Assembly: GCA_001949185.1 (NCBI GenBank)
Contig: BDGG01000009.1
Span: 1,105,624-1,169,623, forward strand
Length of the DNA: 64,000 nt
Reading direction: 5' to 3'
From: Ramazzottius varieornatus
Lineage: Eukaryota; Animalia; Tardigrada
Shown: positions 40,201-50,939 of the stretch, piece after piece
Position numbering within the stretch: position 1 is the first letter of the stretch
Layout of the letters: the number at the start of each line of letters is the position of its first letter
Made by a program: the position numbers and the translations under genes
Notes under the pieces: model-generated
What the model was told of the DNA's origin: nothing
The model's input: the letters and a program-made list of their open reading frames with translations, nothing else
Databases searched by the model: none

Positions 40201-42956
40201 GACAGCCATGCGCTGGATTTGCTTGAAGATCTTCGGCGCGGATGGTGCGAACCCAATCAGGTTACTCAACGCACACAAACACCTGCAACAGACAGAACTC
40301 GATGATCGAACAGAACCAATGAAACGACATCGCCGGAAATTAACACTTCATCAGAATCAAAATTCCGAAACTACAGAAAAATCTATTATCTGACCGTTTG
40401 AATGTTTTTCATCAATGAAAAATCTAAATTTATGCTACCATTTACCGTCGGTTAATGACAGGGACAGTTTGATCATAATGTAGTGCCACACAGCTGACGT
40501 GGTCGGTGAAGGCCCTGTAGTACTCTTGGACTTCTTTGTTGCAAGTATTGAGCATGATGCCTAATCCCAGTGGCTTCAGACTATCCTTCATTTTGACCCA
40601 GGATGGATCGTCAAAGTCGATATCGAAAGCCCGTCCACCATTCTGCGTGATATCCAGTACTTCCGCCACACACCCTCCATGCTCGTGCGCCACCACCGAC
40701 AGCGAGTTGTGCCGGTCAAAGTTCTTGGCGGCTAATAAGTCGTCCGTGATGTAGACCATCTCCTGAAGGGAGCTTGTGGATTGCCGTAAGGAAACTTTGG
40801 AGGTGGACACCGACTCTGCACGGGGACGAAGGACAAAAACCTAAAACGGCACAACTGTTGGAAAAATAGCAGATCCGGTCAGAAACCAACGTAATTCATC
40901 ATGCTTCTACCACTGAATTTTTCAACGAATAAAGGAAGCTGACGATTTGGCGTTGTAAGCGGAAGCTGTCGTCGAGAGGAAAAAGTACCTTTTCTGCGTT
41001 GGGGTTGGGCCACGACAGGACGCCCTTTTTATCCAGACAGCAGACCGCGGTGACATTGCCCAAGGCATGGACCAAGTTGGCAGTTTGGTAGAGAGACTCG
41101 TTGCGGCCCTGAACAAAGGACCGGAAACGTTTCCAGGTGGACATCCAGTCAGCTTTCACCGTGTAGATGGCATCGGTCAGCCTGGCCTCATGGAGGCTAT
41201 CATGCTTAAACTGCAATAAAAGGCAAGCACTAAGGTGTTGAAGAGTTCCGAATTCTTGCAACAAGTTTGTTCTAGTTATCATTTTCCTAAATTTCTGAAG
41301 GCACCTTTTTCCTCTTGAATTTGTGGAAGACGCTCAGTACGCGAGCGAGGATGATATAGTTCACCCCGAGCCACAATGACGGAAAGATTAGTGGCGATAA
41401 CGGCAGAACAACATACAGGAGGCCGTACAGAATTTCTTCTGGCCATCGCTGCACGAAGCCTTCGTGGACAGCTGCCATCTTGATGATGATCGAAACCGTG
41501 AAGAGGCCGACGAAGATCGGAACGACCAAACGAAGGATGAACCCCGATGCAATCAGCCGTTGCTTCTCGATGACGCTGCTTGGTCGCTGTAACGGCTTCT
41601 CTGACAGCGACTCTTGGAGATGGGTCTAGAAGGATATCAAGAATGTTATTTGGATTTCCGACCGAAAATATCTCTAGGCTAAAAGAAGACGTTGCCAAAC
41701 GATTCTATGCAGGTCGCTCTCTTAAGTAGCGCACGTTGTCGTTACAACTGGCTCAGATCGTGCGCCACTTGGGAAAACGATCTGGTCCAGCTGGATTGTT
41801 TTCCTTGGGTGGCGCAGGTTTTCGTTGCTACAGGCTTGGAGTGCACCAGTGTGAGGTTATGAGCGAACTCGTTGTCCGACATCCCACTTAAGCTACCTTG
41901 AACGGGGCTTCGAGGACCATGAAGCGACATGGCGATGCCGATTCCCTTTCCTTAGGTCCCGCCGGATGTTCCAGTTCTCCTTCCACATCAGGCTGGAAGA
42001 CATCGCCGACCCGAAGCGTCACGTTCCTCGTGGTTTCATCGGCGTCTTCGGCCAAGATCAGACATCGACAGTGGACGTGCTGACTGGGACGGATCAGTAC
42101 AATATCGCCTGGCACCAGCAGGACGGCGGGAAGGTTGACTAGGACGCCATCGCGGTAGGTCCATTGAAGTGTGACGCAGGGACTATCGGGAGACTGGAGA
42201 TCGGGATAGATAGAAGGCTTCCAGTCAAGGGAACGCTTGTTGGACGCATCTGTAATGGGCAAGTTAAAACAGGACGTCGTGCGATCCATTCACACGGTGC
42301 GCACCAGAGAAGCGTGACGTCAGAGAGCACTAGTTTAGCCATAACGCCCATATGTACAGTTTCCGCTTGATTTGTGATTGATCAGAAACTCCATACCGTT
42401 CAATTCTCGTTGAATCAATTCCTTCACGGCCTGCATCTGCCTCCACAGCTCCGTATACCTCGTTCTGGCATCCCAGCACGACAGGAAAACATTCAGGAGA
42501 AAGAAGAAGATTAGAACGATGAGTACAGCCGTAGCTTCTCGTGGAGTAAAGTAGACATGGTGCGAATGGGGAATGCTGAGGACGACAAACACGAGGATAA
42601 TTTCAACGAGCAGGAGCAAACCTTCGGACCACCTAAAGATGGAGCGTTGACTGTTGTATCCCAGCGCATCTCTGAACCACACTTTCCAGCTGAATGCGTT
42701 CAAGAAGCGGGTTTGTTCAGTGTCGATGAGTTTTTCCAAGAGATGCAAGCCTTGACGAGTGGATAATCCCTTGTTGCTTGCTTTCGCGATATCGACTGGT
42801 ATAACCACAGGCACGTCTTCAAGTAGCGCAGGGGGAATGGACGGGGGGAGCAGATTCTCGATTTCAGCTGATGGCCTCTAAGGAATAACACGGTGGGATA
42901 ATGTTGAGTTATTTACAAGCAATGTTGGAAAAGGATTCCTTTACCAGCTGATCCAT
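37256..42956 (-). CDS. TMEM94: Transmembrane protein 94 (P-type ATPase-like)
   Basis: GLSTRQGL, RDGVLVNLPAVLLVPGDIV, CCLDKKGVLSWPNP, CIRFIHFSPETELRSRVFAERLGLESGWNCHISL, NRARLPRGI, C-terminus RLEFGTKLGMNSPF. Confidence 0.93.
38163..38365. repeat. Family A element, 2 units (TMEM94 intron)
   Basis: Two hairpins; right end GAGTTCCCA. Confidence 0.8.
39500..39690. repeat. Family A element, 2 units (TMEM94 intron)
   Basis: CAGTGGCGCAC...GTGCGCCAC plus a second degenerate unit; AAACTCAACCAGATCG linker. Confidence 0.8.
41684..41886. repeat. Family A element, 2 units (TMEM94 intron)
   Basis: Right end TTGTCCGACATCCCA. Confidence 0.8.
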
Positions 42957-43139
42957 TCTTGCCAGTTACAACACTCTCGAAGACGGAATCATTCGCGAAG
43001 TCCTTCAGTCCAGCAGCAGCTGATCCATGACTGCCACCACAGTATTACATCAACATGTGCCCCACAAGCAGACCAAGCTCGAACGCTAAACGATTCTTCG
43101 GAAGTTCGGATTCTTTTTAAAACGACAAAAGAATTGAAG

Positions 43140-43225
43140 CCTGGCAAAACTCGAAAGAGTATTGTTTTGATCAAATGGCGCAATGTGTGAGAGTTTACGA
43201 GAGGAAACATGCGCCTGTGCACTGC
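43140..43225. repeat. Degenerate family A remnant (upstream of TMEM94)
   Basis: GGCAAAACTCGA...AAATGGCGCAA...ATGCGCC. Confidence 0.5.
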
Positions 43226-44039
43226 GTCATGCAAACCGAGTATTTTGATTGGCTAGAAGATCATGGAGGCCCAAGGGTCATGCCCACCAGCTTTTCTTTA
43301 GTAGGAGTACTCCAGCTCGTCGTCGTCGAGCAGCGAATGCCAGCGATATCGGCAGTTCCCTGATTTTTAGGGGGTTTTTTGCCTGCCAGTTCACAGGTCT
43401 TCTCTGCGTATTCAGCATGCTTGAGAAACTTTTTTTTAGCTTCTACGGACTTGTCAACTACTGGACAACAGACTTGGCCTCGTATTGGCCCAGGTGGACG
43501 ACGATTCGGATGAAGAGCCTTTCAAGGAATCGTACTAGACTTCTCTATTTTTGGTTCGAATAGACTGGATGCGAAGTGTGCATAAAGTTGGGATTGCCGA
43601 CGTTCAGTCGCTTTTGTTTCGTTCGAGCTTGTTTCTCTATGAGCAATTAGGAAAATATGAAAATATATACGTACAGTCGTGCTTCGATATGTGTGTCCCG
43701 TTCTAAGCAACAAGGCTGCGTGATAGTATTAGAAAACCGTGTGCTGTGCCTTTCTAACTTACTTACTGCTTTATTAATATCTGTAACTGGTGACGTAAGA
43801 TTCGGTGGCGAAGGTTCGTGGCCTGGCGCATGGACAGTTGGCTGCTCGTTGTGTCCACTCCGTTCTTCTTCTCTCGTAGCACCTTTGAGCCACAGAGAGC
43901 CATTTTCCAAAATGCCTGAATCACTGCCACCCGGTATTCGTTGCTAAGCATCAGGAATATCACCTGTAAGGACACAAAACGAATTATTAGTGACACGCAC
44001 CTGTCGCTGCGACGCTTTTTCCTGATGGGCAGAGGACCT

Positions 44040-45098
44040 AATTTCGGCCGGATCTTTCTCCGGTGATTAAGTAATTAAGAATATATACCGGATGAAGTGC
44101 ATACCCAAACAAAAGGACGGCATGCAGCAGTAAGAAAAGTAAGGGATGGACAAGGTATCGAGGTTAAACGGCCGCGATAATAGGCGTCATGAGAATATAT
44201 CCGAAAAAGAGCATTTCCGTTACTCGAAGCAGCCGCTTGGTCTCCTCCACATCCGCTAACGTCACTTGACCGCTCTGAGTTACAGGATCAACTGGTACAA
44301 TAGCACCGCCCAGTGCCCAAGCTGCCTTTCAAGAATAGAACGACGTAGTGAATAGAAATAGTGAATGAAAGAATAGAAAAACGTAGTGAGATACAGGCAT
44401 CCTTCGGCACTAATGGGGATGTAAGAACTAATAGTCAGGAGAATGTAAAACCTGGCTGGGTTCCCTTTGCTGCGCTGAAGGCACATTTTCCAGATATTCT
44501 GCGACGCGCAGATCACGGCATCAAGTTCAAGTAGCGGAATTGATTCGCAGATTAATGACTGAAGCCAGATGTACGCGATCAGACAAGCCGTAACCCGTGT
44601 CGATGTTGCCGTCTCGTATTTATGGGGAAAGATCAAGGCGATGGAAGCGGTTCAGCGCAACGAGAAACTCCGACCAGTGGAGAGACTGTTTGACTAGATA
44701 GTAAAATAATGTGGAGACCTTGCAGAACGTAAATGACGGAGGGTGGTACTGTGCGAAGTATGTTTAAAAGGCGAGAAGTGAAAAGGCGAAGAAGCAGAAG
44801 GTACCTTTGGTCAAGAGGGCGTGGGCGATGAGAATGCCCGTCCCACAACGAAGATGACGTTTTGTGAGGTGGTTGCCATTGTGGTTGCCAGAAGGTAGCT
44901 CGTCAGACCACCAGACCAACCAGGAAGCAAGATGAATATCAGCCACAGGTTTGGCCCCAAGCCGTATTGGGTATAAGATGGTGTGGTTATGTTCGTAAAA
45001 GAGTGAAACAATGACAAATTCATACGGAACCAATGGTCAGCCGAAAAATTATTTGTGATATTCGATCGAAGAGAGCCGAAAATGTCGGCCATGCATAT
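44040..45098 (-). pseudogene. Intronless rhodopsin-like GPCR pseudogene
   Basis: TM1-like LWLIFILL, LRCGTGILIAHALL, in-frame TAA at about 44765, TM3 FCKV...VALNRF followed by a +1 frameshift to IALIFPHKY, TM4 W...P, further stops downstream. Confidence 0.7.
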
Positions 45099-45708
45099 GG
45101 TGGGCGCTCCGGAGTCCAGACACGGTCATTGCAGGTGTGCTTTTGCTCGATGCGTTCCGCTCACTTTCCGGTTTGACAGAACGCGCCACTGACGAGGGAC
45201 CCTTCAGACCATGTCGCTCGCTGATCACGAAACCGATGCTTTTATATGATGGCTGAGGCCCTTAGCTCTCTACAAAGTATCGGGAGGGCCGGCGAATAAC
45301 CACTTCCTGGAACTGGAGGAAATCCCGAAGGTGCCTCGTCCACCGTAGAACCCGTGTTATAGCCTGTATAGCGTTACACAAAACGATCCAAAACCTGGTC
45401 CGTTATCTAAGGAAACTGCAGATTTCACTTGCGGAAGGTGTAAAGTGATGTTTCGAACTATAGTTATACGTAATTTTAACAGCCCGTATTTGTCCACACT
45501 GGACTTGGTTCAAAATTTTTCATGGGAGACGTGGGTATTATTCAAAACGAAGAGGGATAGATGGCTGCAGCGATTTATGATCATCGTCGCATCTATGGTG
45601 GGACAAGAGATCCAAACGTAACAGGAGCAATAATATGATGATCAATACATAAAGAGACATGTTCTGTTAACACCGGTACCGAGAACAAAGCTTCGCATGA
45701 GCGAGTAC

Positions 45709-47420
45709 TCAAGTCGGATGCAAATTCGGCATTAACGGGTCCCACGTCCGCCTGCCTGCTTCCGTTTCCTCTTCTTTCGTTTCTTCTTCTTTCGTTTCTT
45801 CTTCTTTGATTTTCTGCTTGTGCTCTTTCGCAGTGCGAGACAGCGCCCTCTCTTCACTTCGACGGTTCGCCCAAATCATCATTACACAAGCCAAGGTTCC
45901 GACTACGCCCATACACAGTAACATGATCATCAAGTACTCGAACGCCTTCTTCTCGTCAACTGCGTCGTTGTCTAGGATCAGACCGGCAACTAAAGCGAAG
46001 AACCCTGCCCCAACGAAGCGGAAAAACTTCTGGATGGATTCCGCCACACCTTCGGTATCTTCGGGCGCTACCATGGCGTTGCTTGCTGCGCACAACGGGC
46101 TAAAGATGGCAAAACCCAACCCGATGATGACCGTCATGACTATGGAATTAATGGAGCTAGACGAAAGGTACACTGCGAAAGCGCTAAAGATCAGGATGGC
46201 TCCCAGAGTCATCCAATAATCGCGGTGACCGACGCGATCGACCAGGAAGCCGAAGAGGGGAATGAGGATGCTGAGGTCGTAGACCAGGCCGATAATCCAG
46301 ATAGCCTGCCTCTCGCTGTAACCACTGCCGTCCTATATGTAAGAAAAACACGGCGATCAGCACGATTTGCCGCACTTAGGGTAGGTGGACGACGGCTAAG
46401 GTCTTGAGTACATGTACGTTACCTCTAACAGAGTAGGAGCGTTGACGACGAAGGTGGTGATCAGGGCATGGATCAGAAACAGCGCGATGGTGAACCACCA
46501 GAAGACCGGCTCGACATTCTGCCGGAAATGATGAAAGCCTTCCTTGACCGACCGCCTCAAGCTTCTTCCCTCTTTCTCTTCATCGTCCTGGTCAGTGTCG
46601 ACTTTACCCTGTATGAGTGCAGCTACTGTTGCCAGAGCTGTAAGTCCGACAGAAATCCAGATGGCGTTGCTCATCCCGATGGCGTCTAGAACTTGCCCGT
46701 TCAAGTAGAAACTGAAGGCTGAGCCCAGTGCAGCGGCAAGCACGTACAGTCCCTTCATCTGGGTACTTTCCTTCCACAACTCGTTGACGCGATGGGCACA
46801 GACCGTCACACGCAACCCATTTCCCAAACCGTAGATTATGCGACCCAGCATCAGTGCGCCGAACGCCATCCTGTTGTCTTCCAGATAGGATCCGCCGACG
46901 AAGACTAACCTAATAGGCAGGAAGACTATCGATCGGAACCCAACAACACAAAAACAAGGCGTCGAAAATGAATACGGCTTTCCAAAAGAATTATGATGAC
47001 GCCGCGCCCAAAATTAGGATGCCTTATATTGTAAACATCTACTGCAGGCGATTCCACTTACACTCCAGCAAGGGTGAGCAACCCACATGTCCAGATCAGC
47101 CATTTTTGTCCATATTGCTTAATTGCCAACGTGGCAAAAATTGCTACAGCGCCAGTAGCGAAGAAGAAGGCCGTTGTTAGACCGTTGTATTCCACGCTGC
47201 TCAGATCTAGACAGCGGTCAGCAGGTGGTGGTTCTTCACCATGGTCGCTTGCTTCCAGATGCTTGGTGGTGTTCTTATGTTCATCAGTGCCATTGCGGCA
47301 AGCTAGCGATTCTCCTTGCAGTCTTCGGCCGAGCGGAGTAGGAAGCTCTTGAAAGAAGCTCCCGGCAAAGGCTAACAAGCACGAGCAAATCAGCACTGTC
47401 CATTTTCGTTTCCTGGGCAT
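45709..47420 (-). CDS. Major facilitator superfamily transporter, MFSD1-like
   Basis: WTVLICSCLLAFAGSFFQELP, CLDLSSVEYN, MLGRIIYGLG, multiple TM segments; EEETK x3 repeat in the C-tail. Confidence 0.8.
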
Positions 47421-48157
47421 TGCCAGTTGGTTCTGGGTCGATCGAGAGGATAACAGGGGATGATGGATGTGCGATCAAGTAACTGCAACGCAAAACCTGC
47501 GTGTAGGCAATGTTTCTTTCCCTCCCTGTTGCTGTGATCAGACACGTCTAGTACAGTAGTCTAAGATGGTAAGTGATGCGCACAACATGAAAACAGCTAC
47601 AAAAGGACGGCAGGCCAGATGGATAGGCATTCAATCGATTTCTCAAACCGGCTGTTTCTTCGCATTTGGCAGTTCATAGAGATACAGTTTCCGTGTCTGT
47701 CCAGAGTTTCCCAGTGGATACTTCAGAAACCCAGAAAACATACCTTATCACCATAGGCAATCTTCGTTCTGGCTTACACTTTGCGTACGGTCTACTGTAC
47801 GTAGTGGAGACAGGCACGCAATAACGGAAGAAACCCAAAACCTGTTCCAGCAAGCCTTTGATCTATAGCATGTTTATATCGGATAGGGTATTTCCCGACA
47901 CATCGTTCTATGACGTCTTCTGTTGACTTGACTGATAGAAGACTGCAGCGCCGCAGCGATAACTCACACCCAGCACTGCAAGTTCTCCGTTTCAAAATCG
48001 GTGTTTCGCAGTTTACAGCATGTGTTGCTAAACACAGAAAGCCGTCCCCTACAAAACGTACATGATGTGCTCGGAAGGGCCCGTATGTATGGATGACGTA
48101 CGTCCTGTAGGTGGCGCCACGAGCAACGGGGTTCGCGAAGATATCGGGGAAAAACAG

Positions 48158-48178
48158 TACGTACGTACGTACGTACGT
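48158..48178. repeat. (ACGT)n self-complementary microsatellite
   Basis: About five consecutive ACGT units (tacgtacgtacgtacgtacgt). Confidence 0.85.
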
Positions 48179-48750
48179 GTGCAATTCACTCCACAGCACC
48201 TTTCAGATATTTTTTACGGTTCAGTTTCAATTTTCCACTTTTTCCGTCTGGCCCAAACTTTTTAGGGGCCCGAACTTTCTTTTCGTGCGTGTACCGATTT
48301 CAGAAATTACCAAGCAGGAGCAGATTAAGTCGCCCCGCTGATCACAAAGAGTTTCCGGCGAATGTGCCCCATAGGTAGCGCCTTGAGCGCCTGTACGGCC
48401 CAATTGGAGGCGCACTTCGTAAGTCTTCGTCGTAGGCGCTATGAAGTTACTGTCAGGTCCCTATCGATATCACAGTCAAACAAGGGAGCTTCATTTATCT
48501 TTCTCGACCTACACCTGAAGGATGACATATGGCTTATCTACACGGCGAACCAGCGAATGCGTATAGAAGAGCTCGAAAGGAACGCAGATTCCGCGACAAA
48601 GTGACCATAAGAAAACTGGAGCCAGCTTATGGGCGAAGCTTCTGGTTCCGAAATATGGCCTCCGGACAAACGCTCTTGTTTAATTTGCCCCACCGTCAGA
48701 GGAGCCATCGACGAATACGTTATGATCCCGATGGGACTTCATAGTACCGC

Positions 48751-50572
48751 TTATTCCAAGTCAGTTTCGAGCCCATCCACGGGACGCCGGCGAATCCTGT
48801 CCCGATCGAACATCTTCTTCTCCTTGTGGTACCTCAGGCAGCTGTGGCTGTTAGCGAACGAGAGCTGATCTCCTTGGAATCGACATCGCCTCCTGGGTCG
48901 CGCTTGACAGTCGCAGCCACATTTGGCCAACTGAAACTCGCACTCTTTCTGTGGGTTTGACCGGCAGTCACAACCGCAGGTGGCCGCTTCGATGCGGCAC
49001 TGTTTCTTCGGCGTTGCGATACAGTCACAGCCACACGTTGCCGCCCTGAAGGAAAACGCAACCTCCACATTACAAAAACGCTCGTTGTAATACCTCAAAA
49101 GAGGAAGATACAGTACTCACTTGCCGGCTATTGCATCCTGCAGCAGACCGCGCTGAATCTCTATCAGTCGACCATCCGAAAGGCGAACGCACTCTCGGTC
49201 GCTGCGGAAAGCTCATTTGTTCAGAAAGCGAAGCACAAGCGGATTATTGTTGTTCATGTTACCCAGTTTTAACAGCGGAGTTGGTTTTGGGAGCAGGCCT
49301 GCCAATAGCAAGTCTCGCATCCTTGGCATTCACCATGTATAAAGTCATCTGTGAGAATTCTTCCCACGTCAGCAGCCCATCCTACAACAACCGACAGGTT
49401 GCTTACTTCTCTTCGCACAATAAAAAAAGATCACCCAAGTTGTCAAGATCTACCTTAGTAGCCACTTCGTGAAATTCGCTGAGAGACATCCGAGGGAAGC
49501 AGATGAGGTCCACAGCAGGACCCAAAACTTGTCGCTGATTTTTGGGATCGTCCGGATGTAGTCCTTGTCGCTCGCATTCCGCCTTCGCCCACCTTGAATT
49601 GTAAGGGCGCATTGTAATGATAACAAGTATCATTGCAAGGGCTAGAACTTGGGAAGGCCGAGGCACGAACTTACGTTATTGCACCTCTGAAAATTTCGAT
49701 CTCCGGAAGCTTGTTGGTGCCTTCGGGGAAGGTATCATACTGCCATATGTACATGAGGTGCTTTTGCGGTAGATCAACGAAGTATTCCTCCTTCTGAAAC
49801 AGCTTCCAAGCATTTGCTTCGATGAAATTGTTACAATGCTGGCGAATGACTGCCACATCGTAAATGTCATTCTGCAAAATAACAATAATAAAACAGCCAA
49901 GAACGAAGCCGGCTTTTGATGCACAGGAATACACATATTAGAATCTAAAACTAAACAATCAGTAATCGCTGATTCGGACATAAGCACCATCTCGAGAAAT
50001 TCTCCAACCGTCTCCATCGAGATACAGTTTTTGACTTGATCCGCGCAGAACTTCTTGAGCGGGATAATGTCGTACTTGTGAGCCACGCCGTACATATCGA
50101 TGAGGTTGCGGACGTTGATGCCCGCAGTATCATCACTATAAACGAACCTAGAATCCCAAACGATGGATTCCTACCTGGTACAGTTGCCGGAGCACGGAGA
50201 GTAAGAAATACTCCATTTCGAGAAGGCCTTACTTCAACATCAGCTTGAAGATGTCCGGGGAGGTGTCCGTTACTTCGACAAAAGCTTTGTTTTCCGGCAC
50301 CGATCCAAAAAACATTGTAGCGAAGACAGAACTTCGGGCGGCCAGCAAAGCGCTAGAAATGCAACAGGTTGTGGATAGCGTAAAAATAACTCCTGGACAG
50401 AAAAAGCTTCAGCCTTTTCTGCTTACCGGTGACTCTTGATCTGTTCTGTTTCTCCGTCAGTTCCCACTTGAAAGACAACGTCACAAAACTCATTTTTGAG
50501 GAGCAGGGCTTGGACCATCGAAGCTACCGTATTGACATCGTTCTGCCAGGGCGTATCGGCTCGGCGCTCCAT
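48751..50572 (-). CDS. BTB/POZ-BACK protein (BTBD1/2/3/6-like N-terminal half) with a C-terminal Cys-rich CGCDC repeat
   Basis: FCDVVFQVG...IKSHR|ALLAARSSVFATMFFG, FVYSD, AHKYDIIPLKKFC, EIEIFRGAITWAKAECERQG, ICFPRMSLSEF. In-phase GT-AG exons lead into the CGCDC x3 exon. Confidence 0.8.
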
Positions 50573-50939
50573 CTTGTCGGGATATCGACAACTCCCACTG
50601 CACCCTCGTCACAAAACTGAAGCGTCAAGCATCCATTGTGCATCAAAGAAGGAAAACCCACTCACATTGCGCAGCAGCCGAGAATTTTGTTGTACAGAAA
50701 TACTTTGTTGTCAAATTTAATCGAACGAGATTTTCCGCCCTAAAGCAAGGTCACTACTACCTTGCCATACAACTTATACAACGTACGACCTTCAAGTGGA
50801 GTTACCCCCCCCCCGGGCGAGACCCCAAACTGCTGAGGGCGGGCGTCGAGGGAGTTGTTCGATCAGCTGTGCGATCGGTTATGTTCGAGTTGTTGCAGAC
50901 CGCTTGCTCCGTTTACTCGGTCCTGAAATTATTTGCGCC

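Noticed and set aside
41010-41050. TMEM94 DKKGVL instead of the P-type ATPase DKTGT
   Set aside because: Divergence at this motif is a known family feature of TMEM94.
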